From the NCBI GenBank assembly GCA_030704615.1, contig CM060733.1, forward strand, positions 36,642,001-36,706,000: 64,000 nt of DNA. Reading direction: 5' to 3'. Shown here in pieces: positions 36,684-48,930 of this stretch. Source of the stretch: Takakia lepidozioides. Taxonomy: Eukaryota > Plantae > Bryophyta. The number at the start of each line of letters is the position of its first letter. The first letter of the stretch is position 1. The position numbers and the translations under genes were made by a program. The notes under the pieces were generated by a model. That model worked only from the letters and a program-made list of their open reading frames with translations, searched no databases and had not been told where the DNA came from.

Positions 36684-38446
36684 TGCAAAGACTGGACCAC
36701 AATGACATGTCATGTTTACGACACTGTGTACCAACGTGTCATGTCAATTGCAGTGTGTGACATGCAGCCAGAGGACACTAAATCACAGCAGCTCATGTGG
36801 GAAGCTCTCATTCGTGTTATGGCCTCCAATGGTCTCCCATCTCCAAATTTTGCTGGTTTCATGGCCGACAGTGCTCAAGCGAACTTCAACGCTGTCTGCA
36901 TTGTGTTCGGGATGGGAGATCCAAAAGTGCCATGCCTGGAAGAGAACGTACGTGTCTTTTCCATTGGACACAATCCCTAGACAAACACACAAAGACAGAC
37001 ATCAAGCCGGATATGCAGAGTATGCATCGTCAACTGTGCAATAATACAAAGACGCCAAAACTATGGGGGAAGCGAATACATTGTTCCAGACAATTCGTGC
37101 CTAGTGGTATTCATCTGGAGCGGCATCGGAAGACAACATGAGGGCACTGGAAGACTGGTTCGCATTTTGGCACTTCCGTTACTGACAGTGGGGAGCGGTC
37201 ATGACAACGGTAAGCGGTTTGCATTCACCTTCCTTTCGGTGCTTTAGGGTCCCAATCTAGCGGAGATAGTGCACAATGCCTAGTTACAACAATCCGGCAA
37301 AAAAAGATCGGAAGAGATTTGTATGCGGCCACGGCCGATGACCTTATCCGTGCTTTGCAGCGACAAATCAGATACATGTCATTCTTGAGGGATGGCTTTG
37401 GTGGCAAAGGCCCGGACAGGAGCGAGTTGATGTTGCGGGCAACTAGAAGATCGGGGGATCCCAGCAAAATAGCACGGGCAGTGAGCATATGTGCAGATGG
37501 CTCCCCTCTCGTGGGTAGAGTTCCCCATCTGGAAGGCGAAGAGAGATTCGGGTCTTGCAAACGGAAATTGGACACCCCTCCCGGATCGGATGCAAATTCC
37601 CATAGGGCGGACAGGGTCAACTTCTCCACGCCACGTGTTCCCTTGGATTAGAGATGGAATTCCGGAACATCCACAGGTGAGGCCCATTCAGCCCCAGACC
37701 GGACCCCTGCATCAAGCACTGTCACTGCAATGGTTGAAGACCAGAACATGGTGCCGCATGTAATGGAGTCCATGTGCTTGGACCAGGTTTGGCATATAGA
37801 ACGCACAAGTGCTGGATCGCGTGTGAAATGCGCGGCAATCAGAGCCACCAATCATGAAAAATGTACATCTTTAATATCCAGAGGCAAAGAACGCACTGCA
37901 GCTCCTACATTCACTGGTTTGTTTCTCCCTTACGGACAAGGAGAGGCAAAGAACCACAAGTTCTGGTTCTACGCTGACGATTGCGGGAGATGTGTGCGTG
38001 GGACAGTGAGGCCCTCCGTGGTGAGGAAGCCTACTCCACCAACCGTGTGGCCTGTGAAGATGCGCACATGTCTCACTCACCAAGAGATCGCAATGCTGGA
38101 AGAGGCGGGTTTCTCCCTAGTAAGACATTCCGTTGCACGTGGAGGTGCTTCAAGTTCAAGCGATTCACGGGTGCCTCCACTTGACGCTCACTTGTGGCCA
38201 ACTAGACGGAATGGGAAGCTGGTTCGACGATTCCCTCCAACCACAGACACTACGGCAAAATCGAGTCCGCGAGAATGCTTCACGCTCATGTTGCGGGAAC
38301 AATGGAAGTGCCTGATCCAGGGTATGGTCGGGTCTTCACCATGATCTCATCCACATCTGCGCAGTAGGACAGGACGTACGATATCACTGTTTCTAATTTT
38401 CCCAATTGCACCTGTCCTGATTTTGTTGGTATGCTTTCAAGTAGTA

Positions 38447-41400
38447 CACTAGAAGAGAAACCGACTTTTTTCACGGCTTTTTTCACACTTTTTGCTGTAA
38501 AATCGGCCGCAGTCCACACCTGCCGTGGGTGTAAGAAACGACTAGTGCTTTCGAACACCCCGTGGACGGCCTGGCTCTCGGGTGGCCCTGTGGAAAAGTC
38601 CACGAGTGGCTTTTTCACAGGGTGTATGGCCGCTGACATGGCCGATGGCATAGCTGACATGGCAGAGTGTGAAAAAGGCCAGTGTGGCATGTTTCACAGC
38701 ATATTTCACACCTTGAACAAGCCACTATGCGACACGTGTCATATTTCACATCTTCGACAAGTCACTATGCAACACGTGTTCATTCCTGTGTGGTGGTATA
38801 CATTAATTAATTATTAATTGATTTCCAATATTTAAGTTTGAATATTAATGGATTTAATTTATTGTTATTATTATTATTATCATTATAGGAAAAATGGACA
38901 GTGGCCTTGATGAGAACATTATTAAATAATAAGTTGAAATTATATTTTTATAAATTATATTTATTCGCTCAGATACCAAAACACACCTTTTGCAGGGAAG
39001 GAGAGTTTGCCCTACTGTCTATGCTGAGTTGCGTCTCCTACTTTCTGTAATCTAATAGGCATCCACCTTTTTCCCTCGGTTGTCCCACCCTTGACTGGGG
39101 TTAGAAAAGCATTCATTCCACAGCTTCTCCTCATCTTTGTTACATGTTTCTGGATACTTTTCTATTGTCACTTTGACAGTATCATGTCAAAATCACTCCA
39201 AACTATGTACCATCTACCCATGCAGGTTTCTTGTAGCTATCCTTCCATAGGGAATCATAAATAATCTGGAGCTTGAAATTTGGCCCTCTTGGATTACACT
39301 CTATCCCTGCTCCTTCCATGCCTCTGCACAGATCATGCATACATCCTTGCATTGTTGTTAGTAGCTGACAATGGCCGCCTAGATTTGTTCCAGCAAACAT
39401 CCAACTCAACTTATCACACCAGTTCCTATTCTCAATTGCATCTACCACTCTATAATCCAAAGACATTTACTTTCCAAGATGGTTGTCCCACCATTGACTG
39501 GGGTCCGAAAAGTATTCATTCCACAGCTTCTCCTCTCTGTTACCTATTTCTGGATACTTTCCTATTGTCACTTTGGCAGTATCATGTCAAAGTCACTCCA
39601 AACTATCAAAGGTTCACTCAACCAGCTAACTTGCATAATTCTTGAAACATGAAAATTTAGGTTGATTATGATAAGAGGGGAAAACAGAGTGAAATGTGTT
39701 GAAGAAGGTGCCTTGATTAACATTGCCTGATTTTATCAATTGTGCCGCTGTTGCTACGGTTTCCAGTTGACCATCTACCCATGCAAGTTTTTTGGAGCTA
39801 TTTTTCCACAGGGAATCATCCCTTCCCGCATCATTGCTCATAAGTCTCCAAAGCCTCCATCCGCGCCCTTGCTGTGCATATCCTGCAATCATCGCACTCC
39901 ACGACACCACATCTCGTTCAGCCATACTGTCGAACACTTCTTTTGCATCCTCGACGCACCCGCATACATGCAGTCCACCAGGGCAGTGTTCCGAATGACA
40001 TTGGGTACAATTCCAGATTTGATGATGTCACCATGGACCTCTTTGCCATTTTCCATAGCTCCCAGGCTTGCACATGCATTACAAACAAATGTGATGTGGT
40101 TGGGCTTCACCCCTTCGCGTAACAGTTGCTCATAGGTCTCCAAAGCATTCCTACCACACCCATGCTTGGTAACTCCTGCCAACATTATATTCCACGTGAT
40201 CAAAAGATCGTTGAGGCATTCTGTTGAACACTTGGTGAGCATCCATGATGCTCCCACACTTAACATACATGGAGACAAGGGTGTTGAGTAGAAAAACATT
40301 TGGCGTGAATCCACTTTGAATTATGTGAGTGAGCACCTGTTTTCCACCTTCCAGACCTTCCATCTTGATGCACTTAAGCAAGAGACAGACATACGTACCT
40401 GAATCTGCTGAAATGCCTCATTGGTTTAAAGTTAATAGAGCCTATGTTAATTAGTTTGCCTGCCGCAAAGCATCTTCACATGCTCATAAGTGCCGGAACC
40501 CTGGTCCTTCATTCCAGAGCTTCTCCTAGTTTCTATTATCTGTTTTCAATACTTTCCTGTTGCCACATAGGCAGTAACATGTCAAAATCACTTCAAAACC
40601 CCCGGTACCATAGATCCACCAAGAGCTAACTTGCAGAATTCAACATGAAAATTAGGAACAACTCTAATAACAGGGAAAACAGGCTGATATGTATTGAAGA
40701 AGGTGCCTCCATTACCGCTACCTGGTTCTATCAACCGAGATGGGAGGGAAAAACAGGCTAAAATAGGTCGAAGAAGAAGGTGCGCTCACCACATTGTCAT
40801 CGACCTAAGAACAAGCTGACTCTCCCCAGAACGGCGAGCTCTCAGCCGACACCTAGTCCTCGCCACATACCCTAGCGTTTGTCGGGTTGCTTGCTTTTCA
40901 GATGCGAAGGTTGCTCCAATTGCGAGCCTCCCATGTTTGCCCTCCCTCCCGCTCGCTGCTCTAAGTCCCAGCCCTCTCTCTCTCCTCTAAGTCCCAACCC
41001 TCTGTTCACACCTATCGGGATGGGCACCTTTTTTTTAAAATTAACCTTTTGCAAACCCTACAAGCAACTTTTGCAAAAAAAAATTAAATCTTTTGCACTC
41101 TGCAACAAGTTTTAAAGGTACCATGTACTAGCTCTACCCTGTTTTCATTTTACAATGCTGAATGATGCATATTTATGTCCCTGCACTGATATGACCACAC
41201 TTAATTTGATTCCCTTCAATCATAATATGAGGACTGTTAAGCTTGCATTGCATTCGGTTTACATTGCAAAGTGCGACGACTACCTCTTTGTCTTTTCGAG
41301 GCCAGATTTTCGAAGTTCGTGATTTATTCCGTTTGCAGTGGAGTACTAACTAAACCCATACACCATAATCAGTGGACATAATTGTATGTTCATATTTCAC

Positions 41401-41623
41401 ACATGTGTGTAACATGCCATATAAACTAAGCCAACCCCTGCCACGCTCATGGCTATTTTCACACCGTTCTTGCCTGGGGTGTGGACCACATGTGAGACAC
41501 CCCACAATTAGGGCATATTTAGACCCACACCTTGGCTCAGTGTACAGACCCGTGATAAAAGCCGTGGAATGTGCCAGGTGTGAGATGGCAGAGCTGTGGA
41601 AAAAGTCGGTTTATCTTCTAGTG
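38447..41623. mobile_element. Non-autonomous CACTA element (Pack-CACTA) carrying PPR/PDF gene fragments
   Basis: TIRs CACTAGAAGAGAAACCGACTTTTTTCAC and reverse complement CACTAGAAGATAAACCGACTTTTTCCAC; AGT at both flanks (38443-38445 with one extra A; 41624-41626); subterminal TTTCAC repeats. Confidence 0.9.
39050..40800 (-). pseudogene. Captured, rearranged fragments of a PDF-PPR gene closely related to gene 1
   Basis: EKLWNEYFSDPSQWWDN, NPRGPNFKLQIIYDSLWKDSYKKPAWVDG, DSLWKNSSKKLAWVDGQL and the first PLS motifs (LITWNIMLAGVTKHG...), with homologous intron sequence and frameshifts. Confidence 0.9.
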
Positions 41624-41980
41624 AGTTTGGGAAAGAGAGGGAAGTTCATACCGTGCAAACATCTTTACTTCGCTTTATTGAGAATGATGGTTTATGATCC
41701 AAAGCGCGACTTCTTCATTCACCAAGCCACTATGAGCTTCAACGAAGTCAACACACTTCTACAGCGGGATACAAGCCCATAGACAACATACACTTGACAT
41801 GAAGAAATCTGAGTTTCCTTGACTACAACTCGTAATGGAATGACTGTTCAAGTCCAGTGTCTCTCAATGTATGTCCTCTAACATCTTCGCAATGCGTGCG
41901 TCAACGAATTTGTCGCAATGGTTCGTCCTCCTCTTTTAATTAGCATATACAAGAAGCTACCTTCAGATAGACAGATGATC

Positions 41981-42225
41981 AAATCAACCTCGTGTTCACA
42001 CGAGGTTGACTTGAAGTTCTCCAAATCCACCTTATGTCGATACAAGGTTGATTTTAGTTCTAAGAAAACAACATCGTGTCAACACAAGGTTGTTTTGGAG
42101 ATGTTCAAATCAACCTTGTGTTGACACAAAATTGATTTATATTCCAAGAAAACATCCTCGTATTAACACGACGTTCATTTCAGTTCTAGGAAATGAAGTT
42201 GTTGTTAACAGAAGGTTGAACTCCA
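41981..42225. repeat. Array of 5-6 42-bp units, each with a ~32-bp palindromic core
   Basis: AAATCAACCTCGTGTTCACACGAGGTTGACTT-like units start at 41981, 42023, 42065, 42107, 42149 and about 42191. Confidence 0.85.
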
Positions 42226-42491
42226 GGAAAGCCCGAAACCCTTCATCCGTTTCACCTTCATGTGGTGAAATCAGCAGTTGTAGCCTCCATGGTTATAGAC
42301 CCACCTTCTTTGTGGTGACGTGGCATGACTTGGACAGGGCTCATGCCACATCAGCATCAGCGCCACGTCAGTTGCGTGAGCATAGGCTCACGCCACGTCA
42401 TCGTTGTGTGAGCCTACGCTCACGCGGTAGCGTCGTTGCTATGTAGAGACAGAAGAAATTATGGAGCAAGTTATTCTTCGACAATCTATAA

Positions 42492-42683
42492 TTAGTTGGG
42501 TATGGAGATCCAACGCATTTTTAAAATGACATGTCGCAGAAGCACAAAAAATTGGTTGTAATTCAAAAGAGAAGCCATTGAATCAAAGAGACAATTTCCG
42601 GCAACATACAGATAGTCATGCTGTCGAACCAACCTTGCTTTTGACAACTCTGTATCAATGTCCCGCTCCCCAGCGTTTGCCAT
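42492..42683 (-). pseudogene. Possible OTU-like cysteine protease fragment
   Basis: AGNCLFDSMASLL resembles the OTU DGNCLFxA/S motif; short and isolated. Confidence 0.4.
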
Positions 42684-43409
42684 ATCTAAATGTGACGAAC
42701 AAGAATGATGGAATATCAACATACAGTATCTGTACGGATTTCAAATGTCTCATGCTTATTTTCACAATATAGCATTCAATTCCAACACCAATATATACAA
42801 CACTCATACTTTTGCACCGACATTGGCACTCAGGCCGAAATGTTAGAACAGAATGTCCAAAATCATGACCAAATGTTACTTGAAATCTAGCTAAACTTAC
42901 TTGGCTATGCTCATCCATGAGATTTTCGATACAACATTACACTTGAATCCGATCCATATAATATTTACTTTGTACAATCAGTTTATTCAAGTTTATGCAT
43001 GATCAAGTATTTGACTTGAAAACAATACTTGGTACAATATACTTCCCCTTACTCAATAAAATGATGGGGCTTCATCCCCTTTTCAAAAACGAAAAAAAAG
43101 CGCGTTCTTCCAAAGAAAAAGAAAAAAAGAAAAAAGTACAACCTTCAGCCATAGAAAGGTGAATAACTTTCTGCAAATTCATATCCTTGCAAAGTTACCG
43201 CTAGTAACGCACCTTGGTAGCCTACCACCTCAAAATTTTCTAAAATTGTACCCCATCGTTCACTAGAGAGAGAAGGAATCTCCCTCAGATCAGGAGGACA
43301 GCTTGGATTGCGGCATGGTTACCTTACAGAGCCTAACTTTAAAGTAAAGTTGCATTCAGAGTAAAGTAAAGTGAGAGTAAAGTTTGTTAACGTGAATGTA
43401 TCTACGCCT

Positions 43410-44552
43410 CTACAACAGTAGTGTCCGCAACAAGGCTGGCCGAAATGAATGTTCAGCCAAGTACAAATTGCCCGAACTTATCAAAGGACAAGAGGGCAAC
43501 CATGGCGAGGTGTGTCGAACCAGTACCCGCACATCGCCAAGATTGTCATGGCTTGTTATCACCACTTGGTTGCTTGATACCACTCCACATGTTCGAGAAG
43601 GAATGGCAGAAAGGGAATTCTTAAGAAGGGGATCCACTCTTTGCTTGAAAAATTCAGCTTCAAAGATATCGCAGTGTGCGGTGTTGCGCTGATCCTTAGA
43701 ATTTGTCTATATGAGTAAGCGTCCCTTGCACTTAACAAGTGCAAAGTCGTCACCTTCATTGACTATATTGGGAAGGATGTTATATGGGGTCTCGCTCCAT
43801 AAATCTTGTTCAATGTTGTAAGCAATGAGTGGGCTTCTCCAGGATCCAGTACGTCTACACTTCATACGAAATATAAAGTACAAAGCCCCTTTGTACTCAA
43901 GGTCCATTGCATCCTCTAGGAAGGTGCATGAGTAATATGGTTTATAAGGCATCGTAGATCTCTGTGGTCTGGTATCTCTCGTCTTCACCCCCATACTCAC
44001 AATTTCTCACAATAAGAATCTTGTACGTCATTGTCCTCGCATCTATGAACACCTTCACTAGAGCTGCGCCCCACCGCCAACGATTGATCATCTTTGGCAA
44101 TTTCCTGGAACCGGTCAGTGGGTTGCTTATCACAATGCCCATCCCACTGTTAGTACAAGACCACACACATACAAGTCCTCCTGCTCCAAATTCCACTCTA
44201 ATCGATGGCGGAATATGACGTGAATCCCATTGTGGACTGAGGTGCCTGAGGCTGAACTGGCTCTTATGTGCCTACCACTGTTCGGCAACAAGATTGTACG
44301 CGCAGAATTGTGTACTTGTGTTGATCCTCCTAATTCAGTAGATATATCATGCAAAAGAAAACCTACAGATGATTGCATGAGAGGAGATGCTCCTTCGATC
44401 TCAGCAGCGGTCTTGCGAAATGAAGGAGAGTCGATGAAAGAACACTAGCGTTTGCAAACAATGTGAAATCCCAATAAACTGAAAACTGGCAAGAAAGACA
44501 TAACAACATCCACCAGATATTCCGGCAATCTTCCCCACACAGAGGCGTCCAT
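43410..44552 (-). pseudogene. F-box pseudogene, inverted paralog of 20580-21797
   Basis: Collinear near-identity; W->TAG stop at 44445-44447, frameshifts and deletions; upstream homology extends to ~44788. Confidence 0.92.
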
Positions 44553-45435
44553 GGCTGTGCGTACCTGCACTCTCTCCCTTCCACTAAGTTAGCAGCAAAA
44601 GCGTAAGCAGCCCCCTTTCTATATAAGCGTACATGTTGTTTAAAAAAGGCATGTGCAAGACTTTTACACATACTTTTACCTCTCTGGAGCTATTTTTAGG
44701 AGTGGTCTACTCTTACCTCTACACGTATTGTCCGGAACGTTTCATAATGATGTTGGGCAGTTGCAGTAAGCATGGTCTGCTCTCGCTCGCACAATTTCTA
44801 GACATTTTGGTGGGTGGACTTGACCACATAGAGGGATCCACAATCACAAGGTCGCAACAGCGGACTCCATCCGACTCTGGAAACATGGTCTACAATGTAC
44901 ACCCATATTGTTTACGATATCTACACTGGGAGTTGGAGACCGCTAAATTGCGACTGCATGCATCAACACGAGGCGATCTCATGCTCCTTTTCAAGTTCAG
45001 ATTTTATTTGAAGGTGAGAGAATTGAGTGGTCAATAGTGTTAAGCGTGAGAGACCAAGGGAAGGGGATCTTTCCATATCAAGCGATTGGCCAAACTATCG
45101 AGGCAACCTACTTAATCGGTTCATGCATGAGGATGTAGCCTAGATGAGTCTGAGAGAAAGATGAAGGACAGAGGTGGGGAAGTAATGTTGAGCATTCCCG
45201 CTTGCGAATTGAGGAGCCAATCTCATTGCTCATAGGGCCTCTACTTTACAATATTGTTTGTCAACCCGGCTAACTGAAGTTGGGGCAACCTGGAGAGCTT
45301 TGGCGAGCATTGCTCAAGGAACTGCCATCGGCGTTGCAGCAAAACCTCAAGATGGGCTAAATGGTGCCATGTTTGTCCTAGTAACTATCACACGAGATGT
45401 AACGGAACAATTTCACTGGTACCTCACTTCTTTCC

Positions 45436-45720
45436 TTGGAGTTGATGAATCCAGCTCAATATGACGTCATTGGCGAGGATGAGCAGAATTCCAATGGCAA
45501 GAGACTTATCAATTGTCTCATAGAACTAAAGCTTTCAACTTTGAACAATAGGTCAAAAGAAGACCATTTCCAGTCGACTCGTGAAAATGCCCAAACTGGG
45601 AACTGTCCATTGTGGATTATCTCACAGTGGATAAGAAATTATTCCCCAGTATGCCAAAGTGGTGGTTGATAGAACCGACATTGGTTCTTCTGACCACTTT
45701 CTTGCGTGGACTGAGGATCA
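45436..45720 (+). mobile_element. LINE APE-endonuclease remnant
   Basis: NSNGKRLINCL...LNNR, LDYL and SDH motifs typical of the non-LTR endonuclease C-terminus. Confidence 0.65.
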
Positions 45721-47331
45721 AAGGTGTATTCTTGACACCAAGAGATCTGCGAAACGTTTGATTCGAAAGTGGCGCATGGAAAAATTCCATAAGGAAGACA
45801 TGTCCAGGCCTTAAATGAGGCTCTCCCACACTTTATTGAATCACTCCAAGACCTCTCTTTCTGTGTAGGTGTTGCAAAGCAAAGTTTAAAAAGCAGGGGC
45901 TGACGATCCATTGAGGCTCCGATGGATGCATTCGTCACATCAGCACATCCGGGTTGTCCGTACCCACGGTTAGGGTTAGGGTTGGGCCGCCACCGAGCCT
46001 GTCGCTGTACAACAAAACTGCTGCCTCCTCTCACCGCATGCCCTTCGCCCGCTTGTTGCTGCTATAAGATGCTCGTGTCTTCCTACTGTTTCACTACTTT
46101 CGTGTTCGCATGGTCGCTCTAGCCATCTCATGTTGGTTTCTTCTGTCGTCCCCGCTCTTGGTTCATGCCTCTTGCCCCCTGCCAACGTCCGCTTCTTTCT
46201 TCCTGTAGTCTTTGCGCTTTAGTACCTTGGTTTTAGGTTCGTTGCTGAGGTTCCGCATTTTGATGACGGTCTCGCGTGTATTTTGTACGTTGCCTTGATG
46301 GCGTGCTCTTGCGTGCAGTCCTATTCTGAAACTCTAGTGAAACGTCGAGACGTGGTGTGGATGATGTTTTGGATATGCTATATAACTCAGCGGAGGTCTA
46401 GCGCTTGCGCAATGGGCCAGCTATATATCCTGACACGCCACTCGTTCCAATACCCGCAGCATGAGTTTGTTAGTTCGATGATTTCGTACCTTACTGTAGT
46501 GAATGCGTTAAACTATTGACTTGGTCTGGATGAAGCATGGGGAAGGCTCCCATTACAGGCTTTCCCTTGCTGTGATTGACTGCCAGTTTTGTGAAGTGAA
46601 CCTGTTCGGGTCAATTTCATGGTTTTGAGTTTTCTTTGTCACTCTGTCTGTTTGGATTTGTGCTGATATGGACACATGCCCTACCTTTTAGGCAGAGCAG
46701 CTGAGCGGCTGGGCTTGAAACACCACGGCGATGGCTCTGATGTGCTTTGAGTTTGGGCTACAATAATGTGAACCCCTCCGGGATCTTGTGAATATATCTG
46801 TGTGCTCTGAGCCTCGAACGGGTTGCAACAGTTCGCTCAAATCCCTCCAAATAGAAAGTTTAAATTCTTAAATCTTACCCTCTGTGGAAGATAGTTGATT
46901 TTTTAAGTTAGCTACAGTTCAGCTCCAGTGAAGATAAAGAAGAAACCTCATTATGTCCTGGGATTCTGTAGACAGTCTGAAGACGCCCAGGGCCACTAAA
47001 ATTACAACCCGTAGATCAATCCACAAACGAAATTCCCAGACGAAAAGGGATAACACGTCGACATGTCTTACATGTCGGCTGCAGCAACTCTTTACGGGGG
47101 CATGTTTCCTTGCTCGCCCCATCACTGAATCAAATGACATGCGCTTGCTTATCTTTACATATAACAGAGCAGCAGAAAATGAAGGAATTGACTAAGCAAG
47201 AAAGAATGTGGTGAATCTATTTTAGTTGATTTGCACGCCTTACAAGTGCATGAATGGTGTGTATTAATGATGCAATTGTTAGATAAAATGCATTGCACTT
47301 GCCAATTTCACTTTTCTCAAGAGTTTCGAAA

Positions 47332-47720
47332 CTGAAGAGAAATTCTGAATCGGCTTTGTTTGCTATCCCAATCTGCAGCGTATGATGGTTTAGGTTTTCC
47401 GAGGGATCTTGCATCTCTGCAGCGTGGTCCTCCTTCGTTACCATCGTCTCTTCGAGTTTCAACCCTGAAGAGAACTTCTGAATTGGCTTTGTTTGCAATC
47501 CCAATCTGCAGCTTATGATGATTTAGGTTTTCCGAGGGATCTTGCAACTCTGCAGCGTGGTCCTCCTTCGTTACCATCATCTCTTCGAGTTTCAACCCTG
47601 AAGAGAAGTTCTGAATTGGCTTTTATTTGCTATCCCAATCTGCAGCGTATGATGATTTAGGTTTTCCGAGGGATGTTGCATCTCTGCAGCGTGGTCCTCC
47701 TTCAATAACATCATCTCTTC
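47332..47720. repeat. Three 133-bp tandem repeats
   Basis: CTGAAGAGAA unit starts at 47332, 47465 and 47598. Confidence 0.9.
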
Positions 47721-48930
47721 TCGCATATACTGAGTGTAGGCATTCAATCTTTCTCTCGCGCTCTTCATTGAGACCATGTCTTGCTCTGATCCCTCCCAAT
47801 TGCGGCTTTTCTTCACCTGTGAGTCAGTCTGGCAAGGGCTTACCGTGCGTCACTTCATTTTCATCCTTGTCTACTTCACATACCTTATCTGGAATTGTTT
47901 CCGACTGTTGCCTTCTCTTCACTTGCGAGGCCTGTTATCTCCTTATAACGTCTCCAACCCCCACCATAACTTACGCTTGCTTCGGCAAGACTCTTCCTTC
48001 GCTCTGAACCCCATGACATATCTACGACAAAACCAAAGATATCACAATCTATACGCAAACGATCTCTCTACTAGAGTCCAATGAATGAGGAGAATTTCAA
48101 GCAAGGGACAACCTCCGATTTACAGGTTAGACGTCAAGACTAATAATATCTCGAAACCGCACTTCAGCAGATACCCCAGTGGTCGCATGCGTGTAACCTA
48201 GGTGATGAAGCCCGTTATATTCCTTAGGTATGAAGAGACACTATAATTCACGCATCCTTGGGGAGGAGTCCTCTTTCTTCTTCATCTCTAAACTGACACT
48301 ACGATCTCATGTTGCCAATCCTCGAATTCTTACGCGATACCTACTACCATCCCATCGTTCATTGCTGAGTATACAAGTCTTAAAGAATGCGACCATTCAC
48401 TGATCCATCACAAACGCAATCCGGAGCTTCCTTCACTCGCAATCCCAACTCCAATGCAAAGCAACCATGATTCTTCTAAACCCTGCCCTGCTACCTAAAT
48501 CAGGTCCCACAGGCGCCAGATGGACGGGTTCCGCTCCGGGTCACCCGGCCGTCGGCGCTCATGTATAGCGCTGGGAAGGATGGTTCTAGAAGTCGCTAGG
48601 GTTAGTGCAAAGCAGGATTAGCGATAATGAGGGTCTAACCCGAACCCCGATCTCAGGAGCGATGGAGCAGACAGCAGGTCGAATAGATTCTGGCGTGCCT
48701 GGTTAGACCGGGAGATGGCGTGGCTACGTGTAACCATGCGCAGTGCCCACCTCGTGCACAGACGAGGGTAAGACAGAGGGAGAGAGTATGGTATAGTATG
48801 TGAGGGATGTGCTCCAGGTTGCACGGAAATAGCCATTCAGACAGGGCAGAAGAAGAAGCGGGAGCATACAACCAGTTTGGCGGACTGGTAATTGCGAGGG
48901 CAACCACTTGAGGCTGCCGGAGTCGTTGTG

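Larger units (their letters stand above)
36685..41782 (+). mobile_element. Second MULE-like transposase remnant (5'-truncated), SWIM domain split by a CACTA insertion
   Basis: FMADSAQANFNAV and CLFHW (CxxH) motifs; SWIM CTCPDFVGMLSS[insertion]SLGKRGKFIPCKHLYF rejoins across 38446/41624. Confidence 0.8.

Noticed and set aside
41981-42225. CRISPR-like array of palindromic repeats
   Set aside because: Linkers are only ~10 bp and similar to each other, the repeats are degenerate, there are no cas genes, and the context is a plant transposon.
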